A stretch of DNA of 64,000 nt from Candidatus Dormiibacterota bacterium (GTDB lineage Bacteria > Chloroflexota > Dormibacteria > Aeolococcales > Aeolococcaceae), in contig CAVPXI010000014.1 of the NCBI GenBank assembly GCA_963709585.1, forward strand, positions 384,001 through 448,000, given 5' to 3'. Below the pieces are notes generated by a model. It was given only the letters and a program-made list of their open reading frames with translations, did no database searches and was not told the origin of the DNA. This document shows, one piece after another, positions 1 through 15,068 of this stretch (within the stretch, counting starts at the first letter, position 1; each line of letters starts with the position of its first letter). The translations under genes were made by a program, and so were the position numbers.

Positions 1-3884
<3,884 letters not shown>

Positions 3885-3888
<4 letters not shown>

Positions 3889-4760
3889 GCGTGCGCCCCG
3901 GTCGCGGGCGCCGCGCGCCCGGCCGACGCACGATATGCATCGGGGCGCCGATCGGTGTGCAGATGGTTGCGCGGCGTACGACGCCGCGCCTGCTCGACGG
4001 AGTCGAGGTCGACGTCGGCGATGAGCAATTCCTCCTGATCCTTGCTCGCCGGGCCGGACACCGGCCAGCCATCGGCGCCGACGATGATCGACGCGCCGAT
4101 GAATGTCACGCCGCGTTCAACTCCCACCCGATCCGCACAGGCCATGACAACCCCGTTCTGCGCCGCCGTGGCCATCGCCACGTAGTCACCCTGGCAGTAG
4201 CCTCGGTCGTCCCAGACGGTGCGCTTGAACGAGGCCACCCAGTTGGTCGGCACCGCGATGATCTCCGCACCGGCCAGGGCGAGCACTCGGGCGGGCTCGG
4301 GGAACCACAGGTCGAAGCAGATGATCATGCCGACCCGCCCGAACGGGAGGTCGACGATCGGCAAGTCGTCGCCGGGCTCGAACCACGACCGCTCGTCGTA
4401 ATACAGGTGCAGCTTGCGATAGGTGGCCAGACGTCCCGACGCACCGATCAGCACCGCGCTGTTGTGCCTGCAGTCGCCGTCCCGCTCGCTGATGCCGGCC
4501 ACGATGTGACACCCATGCATGGCGCACACCTCGCGCAGCACCCGGACGGTCGGTCCGTCATCGGGATCCTCGGCGGAACGCTGCGCCTCGGCCTCGTCGC
4601 CGAAAACGTACCCGCTCGAAGCCAGCTCTGGAAGCACGATCAGCTGCGCCCCCTGGCTGGCCGCCGACGTCGCCCAGAGCACCGCCTGTGACCGGTTCTG
4701 CTCGAGCTCCCCGACGTGCGGCTCGTACTGGGCGACAGCGATCCGTACCGGCCGGCTCAT
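3885..4760 (-). CDS. Carbon-nitrogen hydrolase (nitrilase superfamily)
   Basis: RIAVAQ, LPEL, YRKLHL, ICFD give the Glu-Lys-Cys triad; ATG at 4760. Confidence 0.9.
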
Positions 4761-4764
4761 ACCC

Positions 4765-5901
4765 TCACGGTAGCGCAGCAGGCGTGGCCGCAGGATGGCG
4801 CGGGATACCCTCGGAGATGCCGCAGAGGATCTCGTGCGGCAACGTGCCGACGAGCTCGCCCACCTCGTCCGCGCCGATGCGAATCCCGGCGTGTGACCCG
4901 ATGAACATCGCGCTGTCTCCAACCACTACACCGTCCACGTCAGACACGTCCACGCCGACCTGATCCATGCTCACGATCCCGACAATTGGGCACCGCCCGC
5001 CGCGAATCCCCAGGTGTCCGCGGTTGGAGAGCGCCCGCGGCAGACCCTGCCCGTATCCGAGCGTGGCGGTGGCGATCCGGCGCGTGGTTTCGGCTCGCCA
5101 CGTCCGTCCGTAACCGACGCTCTCGCCGCGGGCGACGGTCCGCAGCTGTGCGACGCGGCAGAACACATTCATCGCCGGCCGGAGCGACGCCGGACCGGGC
5201 ACCGGTGGGTAACCGTACAACGCGATGCCGGCGCGCACCAGGTCGTGGTGCATCGCGGGATGCGCCAGGATGGCGGCGCTGCCCGACGTGTGCAGCAGTG
5301 CATCCGGCGCGACCGGGCGGAGCGCCTGGACGGCCTCGAGGAAACGGCCGTGCTGGGTGATCGTGAAAGCGGGATCCTCGCCCGCATCCGCGAAGTGGGT
5401 GAACACGCCGGCGACCTCGACGCGGTCCCAGGCCTCGCGCACCGCTGCGATCAGCGTGTCGACGGTCTCGGGAAGCGCGCCGAGCCGGTGCAGGCCGGTG
5501 TCGATCTTGAGGTGGACGCGAGCTCTGTGCCCCTGCGCGGACGCCGCCACCGCCACCGCACGGATTCCCTCGGCGTCGAGCACGCTGACGTCCACGCCCC
5601 CGGCGATCAGGTCCCCGAGCGTCGCCGGCGGACTCCACCCCACCACCAGGATCGGCGCCTCGAACCCGTCCGCGCGCAGTCCGAGTGCCTCCTGCGGCGT
5701 GTAGACGCCGAGCCACTCGGCCCCGCCGTCGAGCGCCGCCCTCGCAGCGATCCGGATGCCGTGCCCGTAGCCGTTCGACTTGACCATGGCCATCACCGTC
5801 GCGGGCCGGACCAGCGCCGCGATCACCTCGGCGTTGCCCGCCAGGGCTGCGACGTCGATCTCAGCCCAGCGGAGGGCGCCGTTCCCTCGCGCCGTGCTCA
5901 C
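4765..5901 (-). CDS. alr: Alanine racemase
   Basis: MVKSNGYGHG PLP-lysine motif, HLKIDTGLHRLG, VGYG, SMDQ. Confidence 0.95.
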   Translation of the reverse strand: MSTARGNGALRWAEIDVAALAGNAEVIAALVRPATVMAMVKSNGYGHGIRIAARAALDGGAEWLGVYTPQEALGLRADGFEAPILVVGWSPPATLGDLIAGGVDVSVLDAEGIRAVAVAASAQGHRARVHLKIDTGLHRLGALPETVDTLIAAVREAWDRVEVAGVFTHFADAGEDPAFTITQHGRFLEAVQALRPVAPDALLHTSGSAAILAHPAMHHDLVRAGIALYGYPPVPGPASLRPAMNVFCRVAQLRTVARGESVGYGRTWRAETTRRIATATLGYGQGLPRALSNRGHLGIRGGRCPIVGIVSMDQVGVDVSDVDGVVVGDSAMFIGSHAGIRIGADEVGELVGTLPHEILCGISEGIPRHPAATPAALP

Positions 5902-8570
5902 GCCCCGACCGGTACGGGCTCCGGCGCGGGCGCCGCGACCTCCCTCGGCGCGACCCGGCGCACCAGACCGAACGGCGTCTGCTCGTCCGACTGCCCCAGC
6001 GGGTTGTCGGCAACCATGGCCAGAACAGACTGGGGGTCGATACCGACCGCGGCGAAGACCTCGGCGGCCATGTCGTTGGCGTCGATGATCGCAACCGCGA
6101 TCCGGCGTCCGGTGCGCCGGCGCACGTCGGCCGCGATGCTGAGCGCCGCACCCGACGGATCGAGTGGCGATTTGGTCGCCCAGGTGTCGTAGGGAGGGAT
6201 GTTGAGCGACGAGGGTCCATCGATGGCGTTGACCCCGTGGCCTGCCACGCGATAGAAGACGCCGCGCATTCCCAGCGGCTTGGTGGCGGCGGCGGCAACC
6301 GCGGCGAGGAGAATCCGCGACGCACCCGCCTCGTCGATGGCCAGTTGCATGGTGGTGGGATGGGCGAGGCCGACCCCGGTGGGCTCGTGGCTCACGTACC
6401 GGGACAGCACGCGGGCCGTCCGGGAGACGGCGATCTCGCCGATCGGGTAAGAACGTCCCTGGCTGATCGCCAGAGCCTTCTCGCTCACCAGCAGGATGTC
6501 TCCGTCCTCGACGTCGATGCCGTCGCCGCGCAGCCGTTCGAGGCTGCCGGCAATCGCCTCGAGGAGATCATCGCCGGGTTTGATCAGCGTCGACCGCAGC
6601 GGGAAGCGCGCCCAGATCCGGCCCCTGTCCTCAAGAAAGAGATGACGCCCCCAATTGAGCCGCGCTCCGTCGAGCAGGGCCTCGCCTCCGGCCAGCTTGC
6701 TCGCGGTCGCGCGATCTCCACGGCGAACGAAGCCGCCCTGGTAGCTGTTCTTGTCGAGCGCTCGCGTCTTGCCGTCGATGTAGACACGGAGCCACACCTC
6801 GGCGTTGACGGCGCGCCAGAAGAACATCAACTCCTCGACCTCGCCGGCGCACGCTCGCCGGAAGTTCTCGGCCACCGCGGCGGCCTTCCAGTACGGTCGC
6901 GCGCGGAACGACGGCGAGCGCATCAGGCTCTGGAGCACCGCGCGCTGGCGGCGGTACCAGCGGAATTCGGGCGTGGTGAAGCCGATCTTCTTGCGGCGTG
7001 CCTCCACCAAAGGGGGGAGGACGCCGTGGAGGGAGCGGCGGACGATGGCCCGCGTCCATCCGTTGTGGATGATCGCGCGCCGGGGCAGCGTGAGGATGTA
7101 ATCCACGAGCTCCTGGTCGAGGAAGGGCAATCGTGCCTCGAGCGAATGCGCCATGGAGGCCCGATCCTCATAACGCAGCAGCGGCGGCAGGCTGTAGGTG
7201 CGGAAGTCCTGGAGCAGGCGGCGCTTGAGATCGTCGGCCACGCGGTCGTCGTCGGGCGGCTTGCGTCCACGCGTGAACGATGGCGACAGCATCCCCGCGA
7301 CATCGACGCGTTGACCGCGCTCACGCAGGCGGCGGCGGACCAGCGGGCTGACGATGTCGCGGAGCAGCCACGCCTCACGAGCGAATTCGCCATAGCGGCG
7401 CTCGCGCAGCAGCTGGCGGAGCAGCACGTATGGATAGTGGTCGTACCCGGCCAGCAACTCGTCGCCCGCCTGGCCGTCGAGCGTGACCGTGACCTGGCGC
7501 CTCGCCAGCCGCATCACCATCCACATGGCGAAGGGTGCCGACGACACCATCGGCTCCTCCATGTGCCAGACCCACGCTTCGAGCTCGCGGATGAAGTCCT
7601 GGTCGGTGGGTTGCACCGCGCTGTTGTCCGCACCGGTCGCCTCGAGGACGCTGTCGATGTAGGTGCTCTCGTCGATGCGGTCGCCTGGGAACACCGCGGA
7701 GAACGTCTTGAGGCGGTCACCGAGCGACTCGGTGTCGCGAACGTGATCGCGCAACTGCTGGGCCATCACCGTGCAGATCGACGACGAATCGAGGCCGCCA
7801 CTCAGGCAGATGCCGACAGGGACGTCAGCGACGAGACGGCGCTGCACTGCGCGTTCGAACACGGCGCGAAACGCCTCGGGGCTCGCGTCGCCATCCTCGG
7901 ACAGCCGCGGAGTCCAGTACACGGTCTCCGAGATGGTGCCTCCTTCGACGACTGCGAACGCTGCCGCGGGCACCTGGCGTATCCCGCGGAAGAACGTGCC
8001 GTCGTTGTGGTCGAAGAGACCGAAGCGAAGGTACTCGTACATCTGCTGCTCGTCGACCTCGCGCGGGAAGGTGTCGTCCTGCAGGATCGCCTTGATCTCG
8101 GAGGCGAACACGACCCGGCCACGGTGGCGCGCGTAGAAGAGCGGCTTGATGCCAAAGTGGTCGCGCGCAAGCACCAGCCTGGCGGTCGGGGCACGCTCAT
8201 CGAGAATCGCGAGCCCCCACATGCCGTTGAAACGGCGGAAGCAGTCGTTGCCCCACTGCGCGTAGGCATGCAACACGACCTCGGTGTCGCAGGTCGTGTT
8301 GAACGTGTGCTCCAGCGCCTCGAGCTCCGCGCGCAGCTCGCGAAAGTTGTAGACCTCACCGTTGTAGACCATCTGCAGCCGGCCCCCGTCCATCGACACC
8401 GGCTGGCTGCCGTGCTCGAGGTCGATGATGCTGAGGCGGCGGAATCCCAGCGATGCGACGGCGTCCTCGAAGTACCCGTCATCGTCCGGACCGCGATGCC
8501 GGAGCGACTCGGTCATCGCCTCGAGCAACGCCCGGTCGGGTGGCCCCCAGAAGCCCGCTATCCCGCACAC
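5898..8570 (-). CDS. asnB: Glutamine-hydrolysing asparagine synthase fused to a C-terminal F420-0:gamma-glutamyl ligase (CofE)-like domain
   Basis: MCGIAG Ntn start, HRGPD, NGEVYNF, LSGGLDSS, DGQAGDEL, EARLPFLD; C-terminal ~240 aa with GDILLVSEKALAISQGR, AIDGP, IIDAND, NPLGQSDEQTP. Confidence 0.85.
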   Translation of the reverse strand: MCGIAGFWGPPDRALLEAMTESLRHRGPDDDGYFEDAVASLGFRRLSIIDLEHGSQPVSMDGGRLQMVYNGEVYNFRELRAELEALEHTFNTTCDTEVVLHAYAQWGNDCFRRFNGMWGLAILDERAPTARLVLARDHFGIKPLFYARHRGRVVFASEIKAILQDDTFPREVDEQQMYEYLRFGLFDHNDGTFFRGIRQVPAAAFAVVEGGTISETVYWTPRLSEDGDASPEAFRAVFERAVQRRLVADVPVGICLSGGLDSSSICTVMAQQLRDHVRDTESLGDRLKTFSAVFPGDRIDESTYIDSVLEATGADNSAVQPTDQDFIRELEAWVWHMEEPMVSSAPFAMWMVMRLARRQVTVTLDGQAGDELLAGYDHYPYVLLRQLLRERRYGEFAREAWLLRDIVSPLVRRRLRERGQRVDVAGMLSPSFTRGRKPPDDDRVADDLKRRLLQDFRTYSLPPLLRYEDRASMAHSLEARLPFLDQELVDYILTLPRRAIIHNGWTRAIVRRSLHGVLPPLVEARRKKIGFTTPEFRWYRRQRAVLQSLMRSPSFRARPYWKAAAVAENFRRACAGEVEELMFFWRAVNAEVWLRVYIDGKTRALDKNSYQGGFVRRGDRATASKLAGGEALLDGARLNWGRHLFLEDRGRIWARFPLRSTLIKPGDDLLEAIAGSLERLRGDGIDVEDGDILLVSEKALAISQGRSYPIGEIAVSRTARVLSRYVSHEPTGVGLAHPTTMQLAIDEAGASRILLAAVAAAATKPLGMRGVFYRVAGHGVNAIDGPSSLNIPPYDTWATKSPLDPSGAALSIAADVRRRTGRRIAVAIIDANDMAAEVFAAVGIDPQSVLAMVADNPLGQSDEQTPFGLVRRVAPREVAAPAPEPVPVGA

Positions 8571-8684
8571 GTCAGCGCTTCGCCGGCGTCAGTGGTGGTC
8601 GGTGCATGACCATCGCAACGGTACGACACCGGTCGAGGTCACGGACGCACGCGGCCCTGGGATGGCCAGATGGTCTGCGCGAGG

Positions 8685-10337
<1,653 letters not shown>

Positions 10338-10343
10338 TCCTGC

Positions 10344-10658
10344 CTAGCTCTTCTTGCCGTTCTTCTCGACGACGGCGAGGATGTCCTTCTCCCCGAGGAT
10401 CAGGTACTCGGTGTCGTCGATCTTGACCTCGCTGCCGGCGTACTTCGCGTACATGACGCGGTCGCCAACCTTCACGTCGAGCGCGATGCGAACGCCGGTC
10501 TGCTCGTTGTAGCGACCGTTGCCGACCGCCTCGATGATGCCTTCCTGAGGCTTCTCCTTGGCGGTGTCGGGCAGCACGATCCCGCTCTTGGTCATCTCAT
10601 CGCGTTCGACCGGTTTGACGACGACGCGATCGGCGAGGGGGCGCAGCTTGAGGGACAT
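10344..10658 (-). CDS. groES: Co-chaperonin GroES
   Basis: [27 protein letters not shown]; GGAGG RBS upstream. Confidence 0.98.
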   Translation of the reverse strand: MSLKLRPLADRVVVKPVERDEMTKSGIVLPDTAKEKPQEGIIEAVGNGRYNEQTGVRIALDVKVGDRVMYAKYAGSEVKIDDTEYLILGEKDILAVVEKNGKKS

Positions 10659-10674
10659 GGGACCTCCTGGGTTC

Positions 10675-10724
10675 TTAGCACTCTGGGTGGGTGACTGCTA
10701 ACACTCTACCTAACCGAGTGCCAG
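10675..10724. promoter_or_regulatory. Two overlapping CIRCE (HrcA) operators upstream of groES
   Basis: TTAGCACTC-N9-GACTGCTAA (10675-10701) and CTAACACTC-N9-GAGTGCCAG (10698-10724). Confidence 0.9.
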
Positions 10725-10759
10725 CCATGCAAGCCCGGCGCCCCGGAATCAGGAGATTG

Positions 10760-11607
10760 TCAGACCGCGGCCGCGGGCGCGGACGGCGGGCTCGAGACGC
10801 GCCGCCGCACCGGGCGCAGGAAGAGCGTCAGCCCCACCCCGAGGAAGGCCGCCCAGAGGATCGCCTGGAGTACCGTCGGCGCGGCGCTGTAGCCGACCAA
10901 CCCGTGCAGTACGTCGCCGATCCCGGTGTTGTCGGGAAGTGTCCCGCTCATGTTCCAGAGGGTCATCGAGCCGCCCGGAAGGACCCCGAGCCCCTGGAGG
11001 ATCTGCACGGCGTCCGCGAGCAGGCCGGCGGCGACCACCATCAGCAGGCTGCCGACGACGGCGAAGAAGCGGCCGAGGTTGACGCGCACGCCGACGCGAT
11101 ATATCGCGAAGCTCACCGAGAGCGCGATGGCGAGACCGATCACCGCACCGATCACGAGTTGGAGCGGCGAGCTCTGGTATGCGATGGCGATCAGAAAGAT
11201 CACCGTCTCGACCGCCTCGCGCCCGACGGTCACGAACGCGATGAGACCGAGAGCGATGCCGGAGCCGCCACGCACCGCCTCGGAGACGCGCTCGCGCAGC
11301 TCTCGCCCCATGTTCCGGCTGTTGCGCCGCATCCAGAAGGTCATGTAGGTGAGCACGCCGACGGCGACCGCGAAGACGCCGGTCTCGAACCAGGCCTGCG
11401 GGGTCGAGTCTTGACGAACGCATCGCCGCTGGCGATCCAGAGCACGATCCCGGCCGCCGTGGCCAGCACGACGGCGGCGCCCGCACCGAGAAACACGTAC
11501 CGGAAGAGCTCGCGATGCCCCGCTGCGGCGAGGCAGGTCAGCAGGATCGAGCAGATCAGGGTGCCCTCGAGCCCCTCTCTCGCAAAGATCAGCAGGCTTC
11601 CGACCAC
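10760..11607 (-). CDS. FTR1/EfeU family iron permease (frameshift near 11400, probably sequencing error)
   Basis: Two RExxE motifs (AREGLE in ORF 11341..11607; GREAVE in ORF 10760..11356), multiple TM helices. Confidence 0.85.
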
Positions 11608-11650
11608 GAACTCGTCCCTTTGGACAGATGGATGGCGCCGCAGCGGCGCG

Positions 11651-11669
11651 TTAGCTTAGCCTAACCTAA
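11651..11669. promoter_or_regulatory. DtxR/IdeR iron box
   Basis: TTAGCTTAGCCTAACCTAA, one mismatch to TTAGGTTAGCCTAACCTAA, directly upstream of the iron permease. Confidence 0.85.
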
Positions 11670-12358
11670 CGGTCCGCGGGTGCCTCGACCCAGATCGCCC
11701 GGGCGGCCGCCGAGTCGACGGCCACGTGCACGTCTGCGGCGGTGAGCTCCCACCCGCCCGGCGAGTGAGCGACGATCCCGACTTCGATCCCCGGGACGAT
11801 TCCCCGCTCATCGAGGAGGTGGAGCAGCTGCGGCGCCTCGTGCTCGGCGACTTCCGAGATCCGCGCGACCCGGGCTCGATCGCCGTCCTCGAGCTCCACG
11901 AGCCGCACCAGCCGTCCGCCCTCCGGGGGCGTCCGTCCCGGGATCACATTCCCGTGCGGACACGTGGTCGGCCTGCCGAGCAACTCGTCGATCCGGTCGA
12001 GAACCGTCGCCGACATGCCGTGGGTCAGCGACTGCGCCTCGAGGTCGGCGGTGGCCCAGTCGAACCCGAGGACGTCGGTGAGCCACCGCTCCACGATGCG
12101 ATGGCGGCGTACGATCGTCGCGGCGGCCGCGGCACCGCCATCGGTGAGCTCGACCGACCGATCGCCCGCGATCCGGATCAGCCCATCACGCGCGAGGCGC
12201 TGGAGCGAGACGGTGACCGTCGGCGCGCTGACGCCGAGCCACTCGGCGAGCCGGCCGGGACGTGGTACCTCGCCCTCGTGCTCGATGTAATAGATCGCCT
12301 CGAGATAGCGCTCGGTGGCTTCCGAGCGCTGCAGGATCGGGTCGCCGGCGGCGCTCAT
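11666..12358 (-). CDS. DtxR/IdeR family metal-dependent repressor with FeoA-like C-terminal domain
   Basis: ERYLEAIY, LAEWLGVSAPTV HTH, RRHRIVERWL, TTCPHGNVIPG. Confidence 0.9.
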   Translation of the reverse strand: MSAAGDPILQRSEATERYLEAIYYIEHEGEVPRPGRLAEWLGVSAPTVTVSLQRLARDGLIRIAGDRSVELTDGGAAAAATIVRRHRIVERWLTDVLGFDWATADLEAQSLTHGMSATVLDRIDELLGRPTTCPHGNVIPGRTPPEGGRLVRLVELEDGDRARVARISEVAEHEAPQLLHLLDERGIVPGIEVGIVAHSPGGWELTAADVHVAVDSAAARAIWVEAPADR

Positions 12359-12369
12359 GCGGATGGAAT

Positions 12370-13386
12370 CTACGCGCACTCCGCCAGCGACGGATCCACG
12401 TCGAACCCCGGAGCATCCGGACCGTGGAGCCGGAGCCGCTGCCACCCGGCTGCCGCGATCATCGCGGCGTTGTCGGTGCAGAGGTCGAAGGGCGGCACCA
12501 CGACACGCAGCCTGCTGAATCGCGCTCCAACCGCGTCGCGCAGCGCCTGGTTGGCCGCCACCCCGCCGACCACGGCCACGGTGCTCGCCCCGGTGCGATC
12601 CGCCGCGGCTGCCAGGCCCGACACCAGCTGATCCACCGCGGCCGACTGAAAGCTCGCCGCGAGGTCGGCAACCACCTGCGGATCGGCGGGGACGCCTGAA
12701 TCGGTGAGCGATCCGGATCCGAGGTCACGCACCATGTAGCGGACGGCGGTCTTTAAGCCGCTGAACGAGAATGCCCCGTCGAGCCGGGTGCGGGGCAGCG
12801 GGAACCGGCGCGCATCGCCCGAGCGAGCGACCCGCTGGATCGCGGGGCCGCCCGGATACTCCAGGCCGAGCAGGCGGGCAACCTTGTCGAAGGCCTCGCC
12901 GGCGGCGTCATCGCGGGTCGCGGCAAGCCGCTCGGCGACGCCGTGCTCACGGAGTACGACGCACTCGGTGTGCCCGCCGCTGACCAGCAACGCGAGGTAT
13001 GGGGGCTCGAGCTCGGGGTCGGCGAGCCACGCGCTGTACACATGCCCGGCGAGATGCGAGACCCCGACGATCGGCACGCCGCGGGCGATGGCGGCGCTCG
13101 ACGCGTACATCGTGCCGACGATCAGGCATCCTGCCAGCCCCGGACCGCGAGTGACCGCGATGGCGTCGACGGCGTCCCAGCCGCCGGGTATGGGCGCGAG
13201 TGCGGCGTCGACGACGGTCGCGAGACCCTCGAGATGGGCACGCGCGGCGAGCTCGGGAACGACGCCACCGTGGACGGCATGCAGGGCAATCTGCGACGAC
13301 ACCACCGAGGAACGCACCTCGCGTCCGTCGGACAGCACCGCCGCCGCGGTCTCGTCGCAGGAGGTCTCGATCGCGAGGACGTTCAG
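12370..13386 (-). CDS. tsaD: tRNA threonylcarbamoyltransferase TsaD; probable CTG start
   Basis: LAIETSCDET, GGVVPELAARAH, HLAGH, VSGGHT, GEAFDKVAR, CTDNAAMIA. Confidence 0.93.
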   Translation of the reverse strand: MNVLAIETSCDETAAAVLSDGREVRSSVVSSQIALHAVHGGVVPELAARAHLEGLATVVDAALAPIPGGWDAVDAIAVTRGPGLAGCLIVGTMYASSAAIARGVPIVGVSHLAGHVYSAWLADPELEPPYLALLVSGGHTECVVLREHGVAERLAATRDDAAGEAFDKVARLLGLEYPGGPAIQRVARSGDARRFPLPRTRLDGAFSFSGLKTAVRYMVRDLGSGSLTDSGVPADPQVVADLAASFQSAAVDQLVSGLAAAADRTGASTVAVVGGVAANQALRDAVGARFSRLRVVVPPFDLCTDNAAMIAAAGWQRLRLHGPDAPGFDVDPSLAECA

Positions 13387-13937
13387 GCGGACGGGTACTC
13401 CATCGAGGGTCCGCCCCCGACCCCGGCCACGTCGAGGCCGCTGAGGATCGCGTTGAATCCCCGCTTGAACGCCGGGGCATGGATGCTGTCGCTCCACATG
13501 ATCACGGCGTCCTCGCCGTTGTCGGTGTAGTACCCGCGCCGGCGACCGATCGCCTTGAACCCGAATCGTTCATAGAGGCGGATGGCGTGGTCGTTGGTGT
13601 CGCGCACCTCGAGCGTGATCCACCGCGCCCCGAGCGCGTAGGCGCGCTGCACGAGGGCTGCGAAGAGCACGGTGCCGTAGCCCTTGGAGTGATCACCGGC
13701 GCGGACGCCGATGGTGGTCACGTGGGCCTCGAGCGCGACCCGCCAGAGCCCCGCGTATCCGACGATGCCACCGTCCTGGCGGAGCACGATGTACGACGCC
13801 TGGCGGTTCTGGGACAGCTCGCTCGCGTACGCATTCTTCGGCCACGGCGACGCGAAGACCTGACGCTCGATTGCCTGCACGGCGGCGATGTCCTCGTAGC
13901 GCATCGGCTCGACGGAGAGACGAGGGACGACCTGCAT
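13383..13937 (-). CDS. rimI: Ribosomal-protein-alanine N-acetyltransferase
   Basis: FASPW, AHVTTIGV, LEVRDTN, RRGYYTDNGEDA; tsaB-rimI-tsaD context. Confidence 0.9.
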   Translation of the reverse strand: MQVVPRLSVEPMRYEDIAAVQAIERQVFASPWPKNAYASELSQNRQASYIVLRQDGGIVGYAGLWRVALEAHVTTIGVRAGDHSKGYGTVLFAALVQRAYALGARWITLEVRDTNDHAIRLYERFGFKAIGRRRGYYTDNGEDAVIMWSDSIHAPAFKRGFNAILSGLDVAGVGGGPSMEYPSA

Positions 13938-14028
13938 GAACACCCTGAAAATCAATGGTGGAGTCGGTATCTGCATCATAACCGCGGCAAACGGAGACGG
14001 CAGTCGCGATAACGACACCTTTAGTCGA

Positions 14029-14589
14029 CTAGTCGAAGTAGCGGGCGGTGAGGCCGGCGCGCTCGAGTGCCGGTCGTGAGAGTGCAAGCGGGACCGCGCG
14101 GGCCAGCGCCCGTGCCGGGTCGACCAGGATGACGCCGGCGATCGCGCCGCCGTCACTGCTGACTACTCGTGCGCCGACTGCGTCGAAGTCGGCCTGACGG
14201 ATGCGCGACGGGTTGGCGGCATCGCCCACATGGGCCACGTACAGCGCGCCCCGCCCGGCGTCGCTGACCACCCAGTCACCAGGCGCAGCATCCGGATCGC
14301 CGCTCGCCACCACCTCGAGCGAGCCGATGCCGTGCAGCGGCAGCCGGCGCACATGGGCGACGCCGAGCGCGGCCGCCATCCCGGCGCGGACGCCGGTGTA
14401 CGTCCCCGGGCCGGTGACCACCACGACGGCGCGGTCGACCGTCGCGAGCATCCGCGCGAGCGCCGGAGGCAGCGAGACGGCGACCGGCTGGTCGCGGATC
14501 ACCTCCGATTCGAGCAGGTCGCCGTCCGCCGTCGTCAGCACGCAGACGAGCCGCGACCGCGACGAGGTGTCGATGGCGAGCACGCTCAC
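14029..14589 (-). CDS. tsaB: TsaB (t6A biosynthesis)
   Basis: VLAIDTS, GPGTYTGVRAG; GTGA overlap with tsaE stop, GGAGG RBS. Confidence 0.88.
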   Translation of the reverse strand: MSVLAIDTSSRSRLVCVLTTADGDLLESEVIRDQPVAVSLPPALARMLATVDRAVVVVTGPGTYTGVRAGMAAALGVAHVRRLPLHGIGSLEVVASGDPDAAPGDWVVSDAGRGALYVAHVGDAANPSRIRQADFDAVGARVVSSDGGAIAGVILVDPARALARAVPLALSRPALERAGLTARYFD

Positions 14590-15068
14590 GCCCGGCCTCC
14601 TTGGTTCCACGCGTCGCCGATCCGTCGGGGCGCGCCCGGCAGCAGGGTGATCAGACGCGAGCCGTCGTCGTCGATGTCGATGCTGATGCTGATGCCGGCA
14701 ATTGCGCGCTCGTCGCGCGCCGCATGATCACCCCACTCGACGACCACGACACCGCCGGACTCGAGCATCTCGTCGATGTCGAGCAGGCGGATGTCGGCGC
14801 TCGGCCCGAGGCGGTACAGGTCGAGGTGGTGCAGGACCTTCGCCCCGGCGCGGTACACGTGGTGCAGGACGAATGTCGGGGAACGCACCAGGGCCGGGTC
14901 GATGCCCATACCCGTCGCGATGCCGCGCACCAGCACCGTCTTCCCTGCGCCCAACTCGCCGCTCAGGAGGATGAGGTCGCCGGGTTCGACCCGGGTGCCG
15001 ATCCGCTCTCCGAGAGCGAGCGTCGCCGTCTCGGTCGAGCATCGTGCGGCTGCCCCCGAGTTGCTCAC
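14586..15068 (-). CDS. tsaE: TsaE ATPase
   Basis: LSGELGAGKT, VRSPTF, HLDLYRL, VEWG. Confidence 0.92.
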   Translation of the reverse strand: MSNSGAAARCSTETATLALGERIGTRVEPGDLILLSGELGAGKTVLVRGIATGMGIDPALVRSPTFVLHHVYRAGAKVLHHLDLYRLGPSADIRLLDIDEMLESGGVVVVEWGDHAARDERAIAGISISIDIDDDGSRLITLLPGAPRRIGDAWNQGGRA

